Shown: positions 44,993 through 54,560, counted from the first letter of the stretch. The stretch is DNA of 64,000 bases from Planctomycetota bacterium (GCA_040755855.1 JBFMAD010000004.1:1-64000); one strand, 5' to 3'. Notes: generated by a model from the letters alone, not told the origin. Translations and numbers: made by a program.

Positions 44993-46018
44993 TCAGAACG
45001 AAATCCCCGTCCTGATGCCCAGCCATCCCGTATCGTCCCGCGTCGGCCCCTCACGCAAAGCCGGGTTCACCACCTTGCTCCAGTGGATGCCGGGCGTAAC
45101 CGTAATGTGATCGCCAAACGAGATCGGAAGCCCGCCGTCGATCTGCAGGTCAACCATCGCGCCCTTTCTCACACCATAGTAGAAGTCATTGAACTCGCGC
45201 GACCCCAGGCCGCCGCTGATGCAGGCCTCCGCCCCGACGGTGATGTCTTTCCCGATCTTGAACAGTTCCACGTCGTGTTTGAAGCAGAGCAGGCCGTACT
45301 CCCCTTGACACTCATCCACATCGAAATAAACCTTCAGCGCCGGCTTCAGAAAACAGTCCACGCTCACGCCCGTGTAGAGCTCAGTAGTGGAGTCGGCGCC
45401 TGTGTGTGGGAACGTGTAGGCCACGTATCCCCCCGAGAGAGTAAAGATGCTTACCGGAACGGAGACATCCACGTTATAGTCAATCTCCGTGAATTCGCCC
45501 TTCTGACGGCCATATCCGGCGCGGTCGCCCCAGCGGGTCATGTCCATGTTCCCCCACCAGTTGAAGGACACCGGCCCGTAGCCCACCGTGAAGTCCGGCT
45601 GCCAAACAGGCGCATCCTCAACAGCCAAGCCGCGCCAGACGTATTTCGTGTTGAAGGTCGAGTTGGCCGAGAGCGACAGTTCCTTTAACCAATCGGACTT
45701 GCCTTCACCCTTCAGCGCGGCAGCGTCCGTCTCGCTCACTTCCTTGTTTGAGACCGCGACTCGGCCAGCCTCGACCTCTTCTCGCTTCGCCCCGTCAGCA
45801 ACCCCTTTTGATTCGTCTTTTTCTCCTTTCGCTTTGGGGACATCCTTTTCCGATACGGTACGGTCCACTGACTCTTTGGCACCCATAGGGGGCTGCGGCC
45901 CGCCACAGCCGGAAATCACTACGACCACAAGGCTGGCCACAAGCAGCCAGCGCGCCGCACGGCGCCAGCCCGGCCGTTTACATCCCTCCTTCCTTGGATT
46001 TCCTATCTCGATTGTCAT
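44993..46018 (-). CDS. Putative outer-membrane beta-barrel (TorF/gcw_chp-like) with lipoprotein-like signal
   Basis: KYVWRG, EIDY, ELYTG strands, terminal Phe; ISGC lipobox; start uncertain. Confidence 0.6.
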   Translation of the reverse strand: MTIEIGNPRKEGCKRPGWRRAARWLLVASLVVVVISGCGGPQPPMGAKESVDRTVSEKDVPKAKGEKDESKGVADGAKREEVEAGRVAVSNKEVSETDAAALKGEGKSDWLKELSLSANSTFNTKYVWRGLAVEDAPVWQPDFTVGYGPVSFNWWGNMDMTRWGDRAGYGRQKGEFTEIDYNVDVSVPVSIFTLSGGYVAYTFPHTGADSTTELYTGVSVDCFLKPALKVYFDVDECQGEYGLLCFKHDVELFKIGKDITVGAEACISGGLGSREFNDFYYGVRKGAMVDLQIDGGLPISFGDHITVTPGIHWSKVVNPALREGPTRDDTGWLGIRTGISF

Positions 46019-46036
46019 ATCCTTCAAAGGGAAGAA

Positions 46037-46053
46037 AGCAAGTCCTATGCCAA
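46037..46053 (-). promoter_or_regulatory. sigma54 -24/-12 promoter of the porin-amtB-PII operon
   Basis: Minus strand TTGGCAT-AGGAC-TTGCT. Confidence 0.8.
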
Positions 46054-46153
46054 TATCCAGCAGCGACCCGATACGATGCGTTAACTGTTGATGGATCATA
46101 GAGTTATAGATTGATAGTTGGAGGAAAGAGGCGCACCCCGCCCGTCAAAGAAT

Positions 46154-46169
46154 ACTACCCTATTGTAGG
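46154..46169. promoter_or_regulatory. Palindromic enhancer-like site
   Basis: ACTACCCTATTGTAGG about 100 bp upstream of the sigma54 promoter. Confidence 0.6.
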
Positions 46170-46184
46170 ATGAAGGCTTAAGTC

Positions 46185-47747
46185 CTACGCGCCGGTACGA
46201 AATCGTTTGGGATCTATCCCGTGCTTGTTAACCCGCAGCCCCATGATGCGCTCGGTCACGCCGAGGGACCGGGCCGCCTTGGCCATGTTGCCGCGGGAGG
46301 ACTTGAGCGCATCGAGGAGTACTTCCCGTTCCACGTTATCAAGCGTCGCCTGAAGGGTCTCGGCGTGAACCGTCCCGCTGGCCTCGGCGGTCTGGAGTGT
46401 GGGGGGAAGGTGATGGCCGTGGATCACGCCGTCCTCGCTCAGGAGCACGGCGCGCTCGATGCAGTTCTCCAGCTCGCGGACGTTGCCAGGCCAGTGGTAG
46501 GCCATGAGCATGTCAATGGCCGGGGTGGAAATTCGGCGGATGGACTTGTGGTTCGCCTTCGCGTATTTTTCGACGAAGAAATCCGCCAAGAGAAGTATGT
46601 CCGTCTTGCGCTCCCGCAGCGGGGGGATGTGAATCGGGAAGACGTTCAGGCGGTAGTATAGGTCCTGGCGAAAATCTCCATCCTCGATCATCTTCTCCAG
46701 ATTGCGGTTCGTCGCGGTGATGATGCGCACGTCCACCTTGATCGTCTCCGTCCCGCCGACCCGCTCGAACTCGCGCTCCTGGAGGACGCGAAGGAGCTTG
46801 ATCTGTGTCGCGGGGGAAAAATCTCCCACCTCATCAAGGAAGATCGTCCCCCCGTGGGCCAACTCGAACCGCCCCTTCCTCTGGCTTAGTGCGGTGGTGA
46901 AGGCGCCCTTCTCGTGGCCGAAAAGCTCGCTCTCCAAGACCGTCTCCGGCAGCGCGGCGCAGTTCACCTTGATGAACGGCCTGCCTGCCCGAAGGCTGTT
47001 GTAGTGAAGGGCATGGGCCACCAGCTCCTTGCCCGTGCCGCTCTCCCCCCGGATCAGCACGGTCGTGTCGCTCTTCGATACCTGCGCGATGAGGTCATAG
47101 ACCGCCTGCATGCTCTTGGCATTCCCGATGATGTTGGAGGGGCGAAAGCGGTCCTTGAGCACCTCCTGCAGGCGGATGTTTTCCTCCAGCAATCGCTGCT
47201 GCTCCTCCTGGGCGGTCTGGCGGAGGCGCACGGCCTGGGCGATCATGGAGGCGATGATTGACATGAGGCGAACGTCCTCTTTGAGGGAGACCTCATCGGA
47301 GAACAACCGGTCCGCGCTCAGGGCGCCGATGACCTCGTTGCCGAGTTTGATGGGCACGCAGATAAACGAGATGTCCTTCTTGCGCAATCCCTTGCGCGCC
47401 TTCGTGCGGTTCAGGAAGAGCGGGTTCTCGGATATGCGCGGCACTACCGCCGGACGCCCCGTCTCCACCACCTGGCCGGTGACGCCCTCGCCCTTTCGAT
47501 ATCGCCCTCGTTCCTGCTGGCTGGCCGAGAGGCCGTGGGCGGCCTCGATGAAGATCTCGCCGGTGTTGCGATCGAGGAGGGTGAGTGTGCCGCGCATCAT
47601 GCCCATGTGCTTGGCCATGGCGCTCAGCATGGGGTCGGCGACGTCGCGCAGGTCAATGCTCCGGTCCAGCGTCTGGCTGATCTCGAAGAGGAGGCTCAGC
47701 TCCTGTACCTCGCGGTTGATCGTCGTTTCTTCGGATTTGCGGGACAT
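46185..47747 (-). CDS. NifA-like sigma54-dependent activator (GAF-AAA+-HTH)
   Basis: GAF (GEGVTG, FICVPI), [32 protein letters not shown]-terminal HTH. Confidence 0.9.
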   Translation of the reverse strand: MSRKSEETTINREVQELSLLFEISQTLDRSIDLRDVADPMLSAMAKHMGMMRGTLTLLDRNTGEIFIEAAHGLSASQQERGRYRKGEGVTGQVVETGRPAVVPRISENPLFLNRTKARKGLRKKDISFICVPIKLGNEVIGALSADRLFSDEVSLKEDVRLMSIIASMIAQAVRLRQTAQEEQQRLLEENIRLQEVLKDRFRPSNIIGNAKSMQAVYDLIAQVSKSDTTVLIRGESGTGKELVAHALHYNSLRAGRPFIKVNCAALPETVLESELFGHEKGAFTTALSQRKGRFELAHGGTIFLDEVGDFSPATQIKLLRVLQEREFERVGGTETIKVDVRIITATNRNLEKMIEDGDFRQDLYYRLNVFPIHIPPLRERKTDILLLADFFVEKYAKANHKSIRRISTPAIDMLMAYHWPGNVRELENCIERAVLLSEDGVIHGHHLPPTLQTAEASGTVHAETLQATLDNVEREVLLDALKSSRGNMAKAARSLGVTERIMGLRVNKHGIDPKRFRTGA

Positions 47748-47790
47748 GAAATCTCGCAAGGAAACACACGGGTATGGCAAAATGTTAAAT

Positions 47791-47806
47791 CCTACATTAT
47801 TGTAGG
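47791..47806. promoter_or_regulatory. Palindromic site upstream of the activator gene
   Basis: CCTACATTATTGTAGG, 44 bp upstream of the start codon. Confidence 0.7.
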
Positions 47807-47928
47807 GCCATCCGTACCGAAAGTCAAAAGGAATTTTGTCGCCCTCCACAGCCCTTGAACCGGGGAGGCAAAGATGATACAAAATGCGCCCAGCTACGTG
47901 ACCCGGCAGATTCAGAAGGAGCGAGGAT

Positions 47929-48576
47929 ATGGAGAAGATCAAGACATTGTGTCTCTACGGCGGAAAGATTCACGACTTCAAGGCCTGCGGCGCGGGGATC
48001 ACGGCCGCGTTGAAGGCGTGCCCCGAGTTCGACCTGACCATCGTCGAGGACAATCTCGATGCGCTGGTCGCGCCCAAGCTCGATCCGTACGATCTCATCG
48101 TTTTTTATTACACCATTGGCGATATCAACGACGCGCAAAAGAACGGCCTGCTGAACTGGGTGGCCTCCGGCAAGGGGTACGTCGGCATCCATTCGGCGGC
48201 GGACTCCTTCCGCGGCTGCCCCGAGTACCGGGCGATGGTTGGCGGGTATTTCCTAACCCACCCCAAGTATCGGCAGTATCAGGTGAGCGTGGTTGATCCG
48301 CAGCACCCCATCACGAAAGACCTCGTCGAGTTCATGGTCACCGACGAGCAATACATCGTATCGTATGACAAGCGCAACCACATTCTGGCCACGGCGCTGC
48401 ACAAGGGCGAGGCCGTCCCCGTGGCCTGGACGAAGGAGTGGGGCACGGGTCGCGTATTCTGGCTGGCCCTCGGCCACAACGGCGACTCGTGCAAGGACCC
48501 AAACTTCGCCCTGCTCCTGCAGCGCGGCGCCAAATGGGCGGCGACGCCTCCGCCGCAAAAGGAAGAGAAAAAGTAG
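47929..48576 (+). CDS. ThuA (trehalose utilisation) domain protein
   Basis: [33 protein letters not shown]. Confidence 0.85.
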   Translation: MEKIKTLCLYGGKIHDFKACGAGITAALKACPEFDLTIVEDNLDALVAPKLDPYDLIVFYYTIGDINDAQKNGLLNWVASGKGYVGIHSAADSFRGCPEYRAMVGGYFLTHPKYRQYQVSVVDPQHPITKDLVEFMVTDEQYIVSYDKRNHILATALHKGEAVPVAWTKEWGTGRVFWLALGHNGDSCKDPNFALLLQRGAKWAATPPPQKEEKK

Positions 48577-48700
48577 ACCGCCGATGTCTTTATCGACTTC
48601 CTCCGCAAGACATTTGATGGGGAAGTGATCGAGGAAAATCGATAGGAAGGGACGGGCTTCCGCAGTTCCGCAACCGCCATAGCAAATAGCTCGTGCGCGT

Positions 48701-48943
48701 TCATGCACGAGAGCCGGCCAGTAGTCTCTTCTCGACCCGTGGAGGCAGCTCTACGCGATGGAAGCGCTTTGACTCGAAGGCATAATCTTCGCCGCTCTCG
48801 TCAACGACTCGGACGTAACCGTGCGCTTCCGCTTCTTCATCGGGAATCAGGCGGTAGAGTTTTCCAACTTCGAGAGAAGCTTCATAGCCCTCATTCGAGA
48901 GGCAGATGACAAAATGGGCCGTGCGGTTCTTCTTGCTCTTCAT
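48701..48943 (-). CDS. Small protein, putative antitoxin/immunity
   Basis: 80 aa; ICLSNEGYEASLEVGKLY...RVVDESGEDY; ATGA overlap with the upstream gene. Confidence 0.75.
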   Translation of the reverse strand: MKSKKNRTAHFVICLSNEGYEASLEVGKLYRLIPDEEAEAHGYVRVVDESGEDYAFESKRFHRVELPPRVEKRLLAGSRA

Positions 48944-49182
48944 CGCTCATCCAGAAATGGCAACTTCAACTTGAATTCCCTCTTGCCAATGCCGTGGGCT
49001 TCGTACCAATGCAACTCTGCAACGCGAATCTCGCCATCAATCAACCGTACGCGAGCGACTCCCTTCAGCTTGCGCCATCTGGCCTTTCCGTACTTTCGGT
49101 TCAGCCGGGCGCGCTCGCGAACGCCACGGCCGCTCGCAATTACCTCCACATCTCTCACTTCACCTACAATCTCGAAGTCCAT
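48940..49182 (-). CDS. Small basic protein, putative toxin
   Basis: 80 aa; RWRKLKG...AELHWYEAHGIGK. Confidence 0.75.
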   Translation of the reverse strand: MDFEIVGEVRDVEVIASGRGVRERARLNRKYGKARWRKLKGVARVRLIDGEIRVAELHWYEAHGIGKREFKLKLPFLDER

Positions 49183-49273
49183 TGCGCCACTTGATTTCGC
49201 ACGCCGCCCAATGCGTCGGGATCTGTCCTGTTACCCGTGTCCGCCGGTATCACCCTCCGTCTCTTCTCCCTAA

Positions 49274-49302
49274 ATTGTACACTTCAACACAAGAGTTGTC
49301 AA
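49274..49302 (-). promoter_or_regulatory. Strong sigma70 promoter of the two-gene module
   Basis: Minus strand TTGACA-17-TACAAT. Confidence 0.7.
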
Positions 49303-49320
49303 GTACGCCAGAAAGGAGGG

Positions 49321-49348
49321 CGCCACGGGTCGCTTGCAACCCGTGGCG
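49321..49348. repeat. REP-like hairpin
   Basis: CGCCACGGGTCGCTTGCAACCCGTGGCG, resembles the hairpin at 30279. Confidence 0.5.
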
Positions 49349-49418
49349 GACACTGCGCTCCGATTCTTTTACGCCTTCTGAGCGCCTCTAGATCAACGGT
49401 CCTGGAACCGCCGAGACG

Positions 49419-50582
49419 CTACGCGGCGAATACCTGGTGCATGCGGTCGCAGTAGTATCGCACGTTGTCCCACTTGGCGTCGTCGGCGATGCGATGGTCC
49501 GGGCAGGGAATGTATCCGCCAAGGTCCACAAGGCGTCTCAACCGCTCGATCTCGACATCCACGGCGGAACGATCCTTGGCGAAGACCCTCTTGTCCATCC
49601 CCCCAACACCGCGAAGTTCCTTGCCGTAGCGTTGCCGCCACGGCGCGATGTCTGCGCCCCACGTGCCGACCTCGATGGGGAACATCGTGTTCACGCCGTT
49701 GTTGATCCATGTCGGGATCAAGGCGTCAATGCAACCGTCGCAGTCGAGCGAGACAACGTCTATGCCGTGTCGCCGCAGGAGATCGGTGATTCGCTTGTAG
49801 TGCGGCCCCACCTTCGCATCGAAGACTTTGGGCGAGATCAGCGGGCCGTTTTTGAAACAGATGTCCTCCCAGAAATGGGCGAAGTCGAATTTCACCCCGG
49901 TCTCAAGGGCCGCCTTTGTGCATTCATACATCAGGTTGGCGTTCGTCTCTATGATTTCGTCGAGCAGTTTTTCATCATCCACAAGCAAGTAGCAGGACCC
50001 TTCAAGGGTGAGCCAGGTCCGGATGGTTCCGTAAAGACTCCCGCAGAAAAGCCCCAGGGGGTAGTCCCGATCGCCGCTCCGGAGGAACTCTGCGCCTCCG
50101 TTATCGAACGTCGCCATGGCGTCGCCGACGCGGACCTTCGCCTTCCGGATGCGGTCCTCGGAGAACCGGAGTTTCGGCAGATAGTGCTCCTCCCACGCCG
50201 CTCGGTCCTTCAGGATGTGATCCACATCGGGCCGAATTGATCCCGCCCCGGGCACGTCCAACACGACGACACCCTCGCCCGTCAATATCTTGCGCGAGCC
50301 GTCGGGCAACTGTTCGACCACTCGACTCTGAAACGGCGGGTGCAAAGGGCCGAGGGGCGAGAAGAGGACATGCCAGTTGATGTCGAAGCCGAGCTTCTTC
50401 ATGAGCGCCGCGTCCACCGGTGTGCCGTCGGCGTAAGCGCGGGCCGTTTCCGGGGTGATATGCCCCTCCGCCGCCCACTTGTCCAGCGTCTCGCGCAGAA
50501 AACCGAAATGCACGACCGGCACATAGTCGGCCGGCTTGTAGTGGAGGATGCGCATGGCGCATTCGCGATGGGTCATTGACAT
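49419..50582 (-). CDS. Uroporphyrinogen decarboxylase-superfamily protein (URO-D/MtaA-like)
   Basis: FWEDICFKNGPLISP, LDCDG, FPIEV, GGMDK, GGYIPCPDH. Confidence 0.85.
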   Translation of the reverse strand: MSMTHRECAMRILHYKPADYVPVVHFGFLRETLDKWAAEGHITPETARAYADGTPVDAALMKKLGFDINWHVLFSPLGPLHPPFQSRVVEQLPDGSRKILTGEGVVVLDVPGAGSIRPDVDHILKDRAAWEEHYLPKLRFSEDRIRKAKVRVGDAMATFDNGGAEFLRSGDRDYPLGLFCGSLYGTIRTWLTLEGSCYLLVDDEKLLDEIIETNANLMYECTKAALETGVKFDFAHFWEDICFKNGPLISPKVFDAKVGPHYKRITDLLRRHGIDVVSLDCDGCIDALIPTWINNGVNTMFPIEVGTWGADIAPWRQRYGKELRGVGGMDKRVFAKDRSAVDVEIERLRRLVDLGGYIPCPDHRIADDAKWDNVRYYCDRMHQVFAA

Positions 50583-50622
50583 TTCCTGAATCCTTTCCTT
50601 CCGCGTTGAACAAAGACGGGGG

Positions 50623-50820
50623 CTACTTCTGAATCTTGACGGGTATGGCGCCGAAGCAATGCGAGCCGCCGACCTCTCTGATGTCAACCTCGATCTTTCC
50701 CTGCGCGTGGGCGATGGGCGAATCGGCCAGCTTCGAGATCGAGTAGCCAACATAGAAAAGCCCGGTGACCAGCGCGATAGAAACGATCTTCCAGAACAAG
50801 CTCTTCGAGAAATGCTCCAT
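50623..50820 (-). CDS. Small membrane protein (65 aa)
   Basis: GGGAG SD, one TM helix, in operon context. Confidence 0.5.
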   Translation of the reverse strand: MEHFSKSLFWKIVSIALVTGLFYVGYSISKLADSPIAHAQGKIEVDIREVGGSHCFGAIPVKIQK

Positions 50821-50839
50821 GGCGAACGCTCCCTTCTGC

Positions 50840-51601
50840 TCAACTATGGTCTTTAAGCCACTTGACGGCCTTCTGAACTCGGGCGTAAACATCCGGCGGC
50901 CACGTGTGCCCGCCGGGATATGTCGAGAACTCGACGACGGCCTTGCTCTTGGTCAGGAGGTCCCTCGCGCTTTCGGCCAGGGAGAACGCACAGACCTTGT
51001 CGTCGGGCGAGTGCTCGATGTAGTAGGGGTACCCCTTCGCGCCGCGCAAGGGCGGCAGTTTCTCGGGAAAGAACACGGACATGACGATGTAGGAGCCGGT
51101 GATGGATTTCTTCTTCTGGAGCGACGCCGCATACGTCGCCGGCCCGGACGACGACCACGACATGGTGAACACGTGCCGAGGGTTTACCTTGTACGCCTTC
51201 TCGACGTCCTTGACGACGCCTTCGATGAACTGCTCGGTGGTGAACTTCATGTTCGGAAGGGGGTCCTTTTTCTGCGGCCAGATGATCTGCTGGTCGGCGT
51301 TCCACCGCACGCTCACCAATTGGGCAACGAGGTACTGCTCGCTCAATGCGTGCTTGTAGATGCGCTTGACGAAGGGATGGAAGTCCGCCGAGCCGTCGCC
51401 GCCGGGCAGGATGAGTAAAAGACTGAATCCCTGCTCGGGCGGCTTGGCGTCGTCTTTCGGATGGATCAGAAAGTAGGTCTTATTCGGATCGCCTCCGATC
51501 TTGATTTCCCTGGATAGGACATCGGCAACGTCGTCCTGGCCGAGACCCGTGCGAGCAAAGACAAGAACAGCCAGGGCAAAGACGAGACATAATCTGGCCA
51601 T
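50840..51601 (-). CDS. Secreted alpha/beta hydrolase
   Basis: Signal peptide, SWSSSG nucleophile elbow, HSPDD, GGHTW. Confidence 0.75.
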   Translation of the reverse strand: MARLCLVFALAVLVFARTGLGQDDVADVLSREIKIGGDPNKTYFLIHPKDDAKPPEQGFSLLLILPGGDGSADFHPFVKRIYKHALSEQYLVAQLVSVRWNADQQIIWPQKKDPLPNMKFTTEQFIEGVVKDVEKAYKVNPRHVFTMSWSSSGPATYAASLQKKKSITGSYIVMSVFFPEKLPPLRGAKGYPYYIEHSPDDKVCAFSLAESARDLLTKSKAVVEFSTYPGGHTWPPDVYARVQKAVKWLKDHS

Positions 51602-51638
51602 GACTTCCCTCCCCTGAGCGCGTCACCCTCTGTGCAAG

Positions 51639-53726
51639 CTACTTGCTCTCGACGGTGTATTCCTTCTCCTTGTTGGCGGAGATGTCGTCCCGGGTGAACC
51701 AGATCGGCTTGTATTTCATCTGTGAATAGAGGGCCGTCTGATCCGTATGGTGCGGCGAGGCGGGGTCGTTGCTCATGCCCATAGGAAAAAGGCTGAATGA
51801 TTTGGGCGGCTTCGACAACTCGACGGACATCATGTAGCTCGACCCCGACGAGCAGACCCACTTGCCATTCATGAAGTTGCTGGTGGCCATGAAGAGCGTC
51901 TGAGCGTCGCTGCCGCCTGTGCCGACGGGAAACGTCTTCCCCCCGCGCTCGATAACGTTATGCGGCCCCCACTTGACATCAATCCTGCCGTAGAGTTTCA
52001 CCACCCGATCAACGGCGCGCTCCATGGCCAGGATTTGGCTCTTCGCGCCCTTGGGCGCGCTGCCTCCGCGCAGCTCTAACTGCCACATTTTATAGAACAT
52101 CCAGGCCGTATTGTCGGCCGTCACGCAGCAGTCCCATTCCTTCAGGAGTTTGAGGGCCTGTTCCGCCTTGGGGCTGATCTTGACCGCGCGAATGGCAAAC
52201 GACTCGAGGAGACGATTCCTGGCGCGGGCGATTTGAATGGACTGGTTGTCGAAGGAGAGTTTCCTGAACGCCTCCAGGTCCAGGTTCTCCGCCTTCTCCA
52301 GGAGTTCGGTCGCCCGTTCGCCGCGCGATCCCGGCCCGCCGCGGTGGGGGCGCGCCACATAGGACGGGACTTTCTCCGTGTCAATATCGCAATCGGGCGC
52401 GACGGCCCCCGGCGGGTCGTTGCAGTTTTGCAGGAAGCCGCAATCGGGGTTCATGGCCTGTGGGAGGTCGTCAAAGGGAATAATCTCGCCCCAGTCCGTC
52501 TCCTTTGTCCAGCCCGGCACGGGAGCGTACCAGTCGTAACCTTCCGACTTGGACGGCGCGCGGGCGTTGTAGAGGTAGTAGATATTCCCCGCCGCATCGG
52601 CGCAGATGTAGTTGCCCGATGGGATGCCGAGGAGGCCCATCGCCTTCTTGAAGTCGGCGACGCCGGCCGCCGTGTTCATCCGGTATAACTGAGTTGCGAG
52701 GTCTATGTTGTCCATGTGCGACCATTTGGCGGCGTAGAGCTTCTCGTGGGTGTGGAGGAAGACTGGGCCGTGGTGCGTGGATTCGAGAGCGATCTCCTTT
52801 TGCCCTACCGTTCCGTCCTCTCGCAGGACGTTGAGTTTGATCGTTCGGACGGCGACGTCGCGCCAATTGCCATCGTACTCATACTGGCTGCGGTTTGCCG
52901 GATTCATTTTTTCAAAATACACATCTGCCAGGTCGGGTGAGTTAGCCGTCAGACCCCAGGCAATGCCCTCGTTATGTCCGATCTGGATGAATGGATGGCC
53001 GAAGGTGGTCGCGCCGACGACGTTGAGCGAGCCGCCGCAGAGATGAGCCTCGTACCACTGCATGGGGCCGAGGTAGGGCATATGCTGGTCTATCTGCAAC
53101 ATGGCATGGCCGGATTTCGTTTTCTTCTTGACAACGGCCCAGAGATTGCAGCCCTTCTCGGCCTGGTCCTTCTGGATGGGCTGCATGAGTCGGCGGCCCT
53201 CGGACAGGACAGCGCCGTAGCTTTCCATGGTGAGAAGATAGAGCGGATAGGCAAGGACGTCCTGGGCCGTGGGCGGCTTGGCCCAAGGGGGGACCTTTTC
53301 GGCATGGGTCTTCATATAGTGGGCAACGCCAGCGGCAAAGGCCGTCAGATAGTCTTTGACCTCCCGGGGGAGAGAGTCGTACTTTTCGGCCGCGGTTTCG
53401 GGGATGCGGAGGAGGTGGGTCTGCGTGTCGTTATCGAGAAACCCACGGCCAAAGACCTCCGCCTCGCGGCCGGCGGCCCTGATGTAGTTGCGCAGGATCG
53501 TGTCGAGTTGGTCCTCGGCCTGCGCATAGCCGAAGCCGAAGGCGACGTCACCCTCAGTCGCGCCGAAGATATGCGGCACACCGAACGTATCGCGGATAAT
53601 AGCGGCCTTGTAGCCGGCGTGGGCTGGGGAGGACAGCAGAAGCGCCAGCAAAAGGCACATCAGTCCGTACCTGGGACTCGGCTCCCCGGCGAACGCGCAT
53701 GGGATGCCCTGGCAGCGGCTATTCAT
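51639..53726 (-). CDS. Penicillin acylase family (Ntn hydrolase)
   Basis: IIRDTFGVPHI, GFGYAQAED, GCNLWAV, WYEAHL, GHNEGIAWGLT, QNCND. Confidence 0.88.
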   Translation of the reverse strand: MNSRCQGIPCAFAGEPSPRYGLMCLLLALLLSSPAHAGYKAAIIRDTFGVPHIFGATEGDVAFGFGYAQAEDQLDTILRNYIRAAGREAEVFGRGFLDNDTQTHLLRIPETAAEKYDSLPREVKDYLTAFAAGVAHYMKTHAEKVPPWAKPPTAQDVLAYPLYLLTMESYGAVLSEGRRLMQPIQKDQAEKGCNLWAVVKKKTKSGHAMLQIDQHMPYLGPMQWYEAHLCGGSLNVVGATTFGHPFIQIGHNEGIAWGLTANSPDLADVYFEKMNPANRSQYEYDGNWRDVAVRTIKLNVLREDGTVGQKEIALESTHHGPVFLHTHEKLYAAKWSHMDNIDLATQLYRMNTAAGVADFKKAMGLLGIPSGNYICADAAGNIYYLYNARAPSKSEGYDWYAPVPGWTKETDWGEIIPFDDLPQAMNPDCGFLQNCNDPPGAVAPDCDIDTEKVPSYVARPHRGGPGSRGERATELLEKAENLDLEAFRKLSFDNQSIQIARARNRLLESFAIRAVKISPKAEQALKLLKEWDCCVTADNTAWMFYKMWQLELRGGSAPKGAKSQILAMERAVDRVVKLYGRIDVKWGPHNVIERGGKTFPVGTGGSDAQTLFMATSNFMNGKWVCSSGSSYMMSVELSKPPKSFSLFPMGMSNDPASPHHTDQTALYSQMKYKPIWFTRDDISANKEKEYTVESK

Positions 53727-54435
53727 CGTCCTCATCGAGGTAGAGCATCCGGCCGCAACTGTTGCAGAATACAGGCTTGTCGCTGGTCAGCAGGGAGGCA
53801 GTAGTCTGCGGGGTCAGGTTGATGAAGCATCCCTGGCAAACCTGGTTCCTGGCGCTGACGAGGGCCACTCCGTCGCGGCGGTTCAGGAGTCGCTCATAGG
53901 GATCGAGATATGGCTGCTGTACCTGCGCCCGAATCCCTTCCCGTTTCGCGGCCAGCTCTGCCTCTTCAACCTCGCGGCGTTTGATCTCTTCGCCGATTTC
54001 CTTTTCGGTCTCGGTCAGTTTCGCCTTCGCGGTATCGAGGCGTTTCTTCACTATTTCCAACTGCTTTTGCCGCGCTTCCGCCTCGGTCATCATCTCGAGA
54101 ATCTCGTCCTCCAGCCTGGAGATGTCGGCCTCGACGCCGGCGATCTCGCTCTGGATGGCGGCGTATTCCTTGTTGGTCTTAACCGTGTTGAGCTGCACCA
54201 GTAGCTTGGCCCTGGCGCCTTCCTTGCTCTTGAGATCGAGATTCTGCTGCATGTCAATCTTGCCCTGAAACTTTTCCGCTTCCCCTGCAATTTCCCGGAG
54301 CTCCTCGGAGCGTTGTTGCACGAGCACGCGCGCCGCCTCGGCCCGGGCCGGCGCTGCCTCCTGTTCTATCCTGATAGTCCGCAGTCGGGAGTCAATGTCC
54401 TGAAGTTGTCGAAGTAACTCAAGATCCTTGTTCAT
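53719..54435 (-). CDS. Coiled-coil + C4 zinc-ribbon protein (DUF164/zf-RING_7)
   Basis: LQDIDSR, KTNKEY, CQGCFI...CNSCGRMLY. Confidence 0.88.
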   Translation of the reverse strand: MNKDLELLRQLQDIDSRLRTIRIEQEAAPARAEAARVLVQQRSEELREIAGEAEKFQGKIDMQQNLDLKSKEGARAKLLVQLNTVKTNKEYAAIQSEIAGVEADISRLEDEILEMMTEAEARQKQLEIVKKRLDTAKAKLTETEKEIGEEIKRREVEEAELAAKREGIRAQVQQPYLDPYERLLNRRDGVALVSARNQVCQGCFINLTPQTTASLLTSDKPVFCNSCGRMLYLDEDDE

Positions 54436-54501
54436 GTCCGGCTTCCATACGATAAATCATTCTTGTCCGATCTTACACAATTCGGGCCATAGTTCAAGAA
54501 G

Positions 54502-54535
54502 AAAAAAAAGCCCGCACCTCGCGGGAGGTGCGGGC
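54502..54535 (-). terminator. Intrinsic terminator after rpoD
   Basis: GCCCGCACCTC stem, 4-nt loop, followed by T8 on the minus strand. Confidence 0.85.
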
Positions 54536-54560
54536 CCATGCTCCGCAGGCGACGGCGGCC

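Noticed and set aside
46185..47747. Evidence of nitrogen fixation
   Set aside because: Only a NifA-like regulator is present; no nifHDK or cofactor genes in the window
48574..48645. In-frame extension after the ThuA TAG (TADVFIDFLRKTFDGEVIEENR)
   Set aside because: The ThuA domain is already complete; a short open stretch is expected by chance or may be a gene remnant; no recoding evidence
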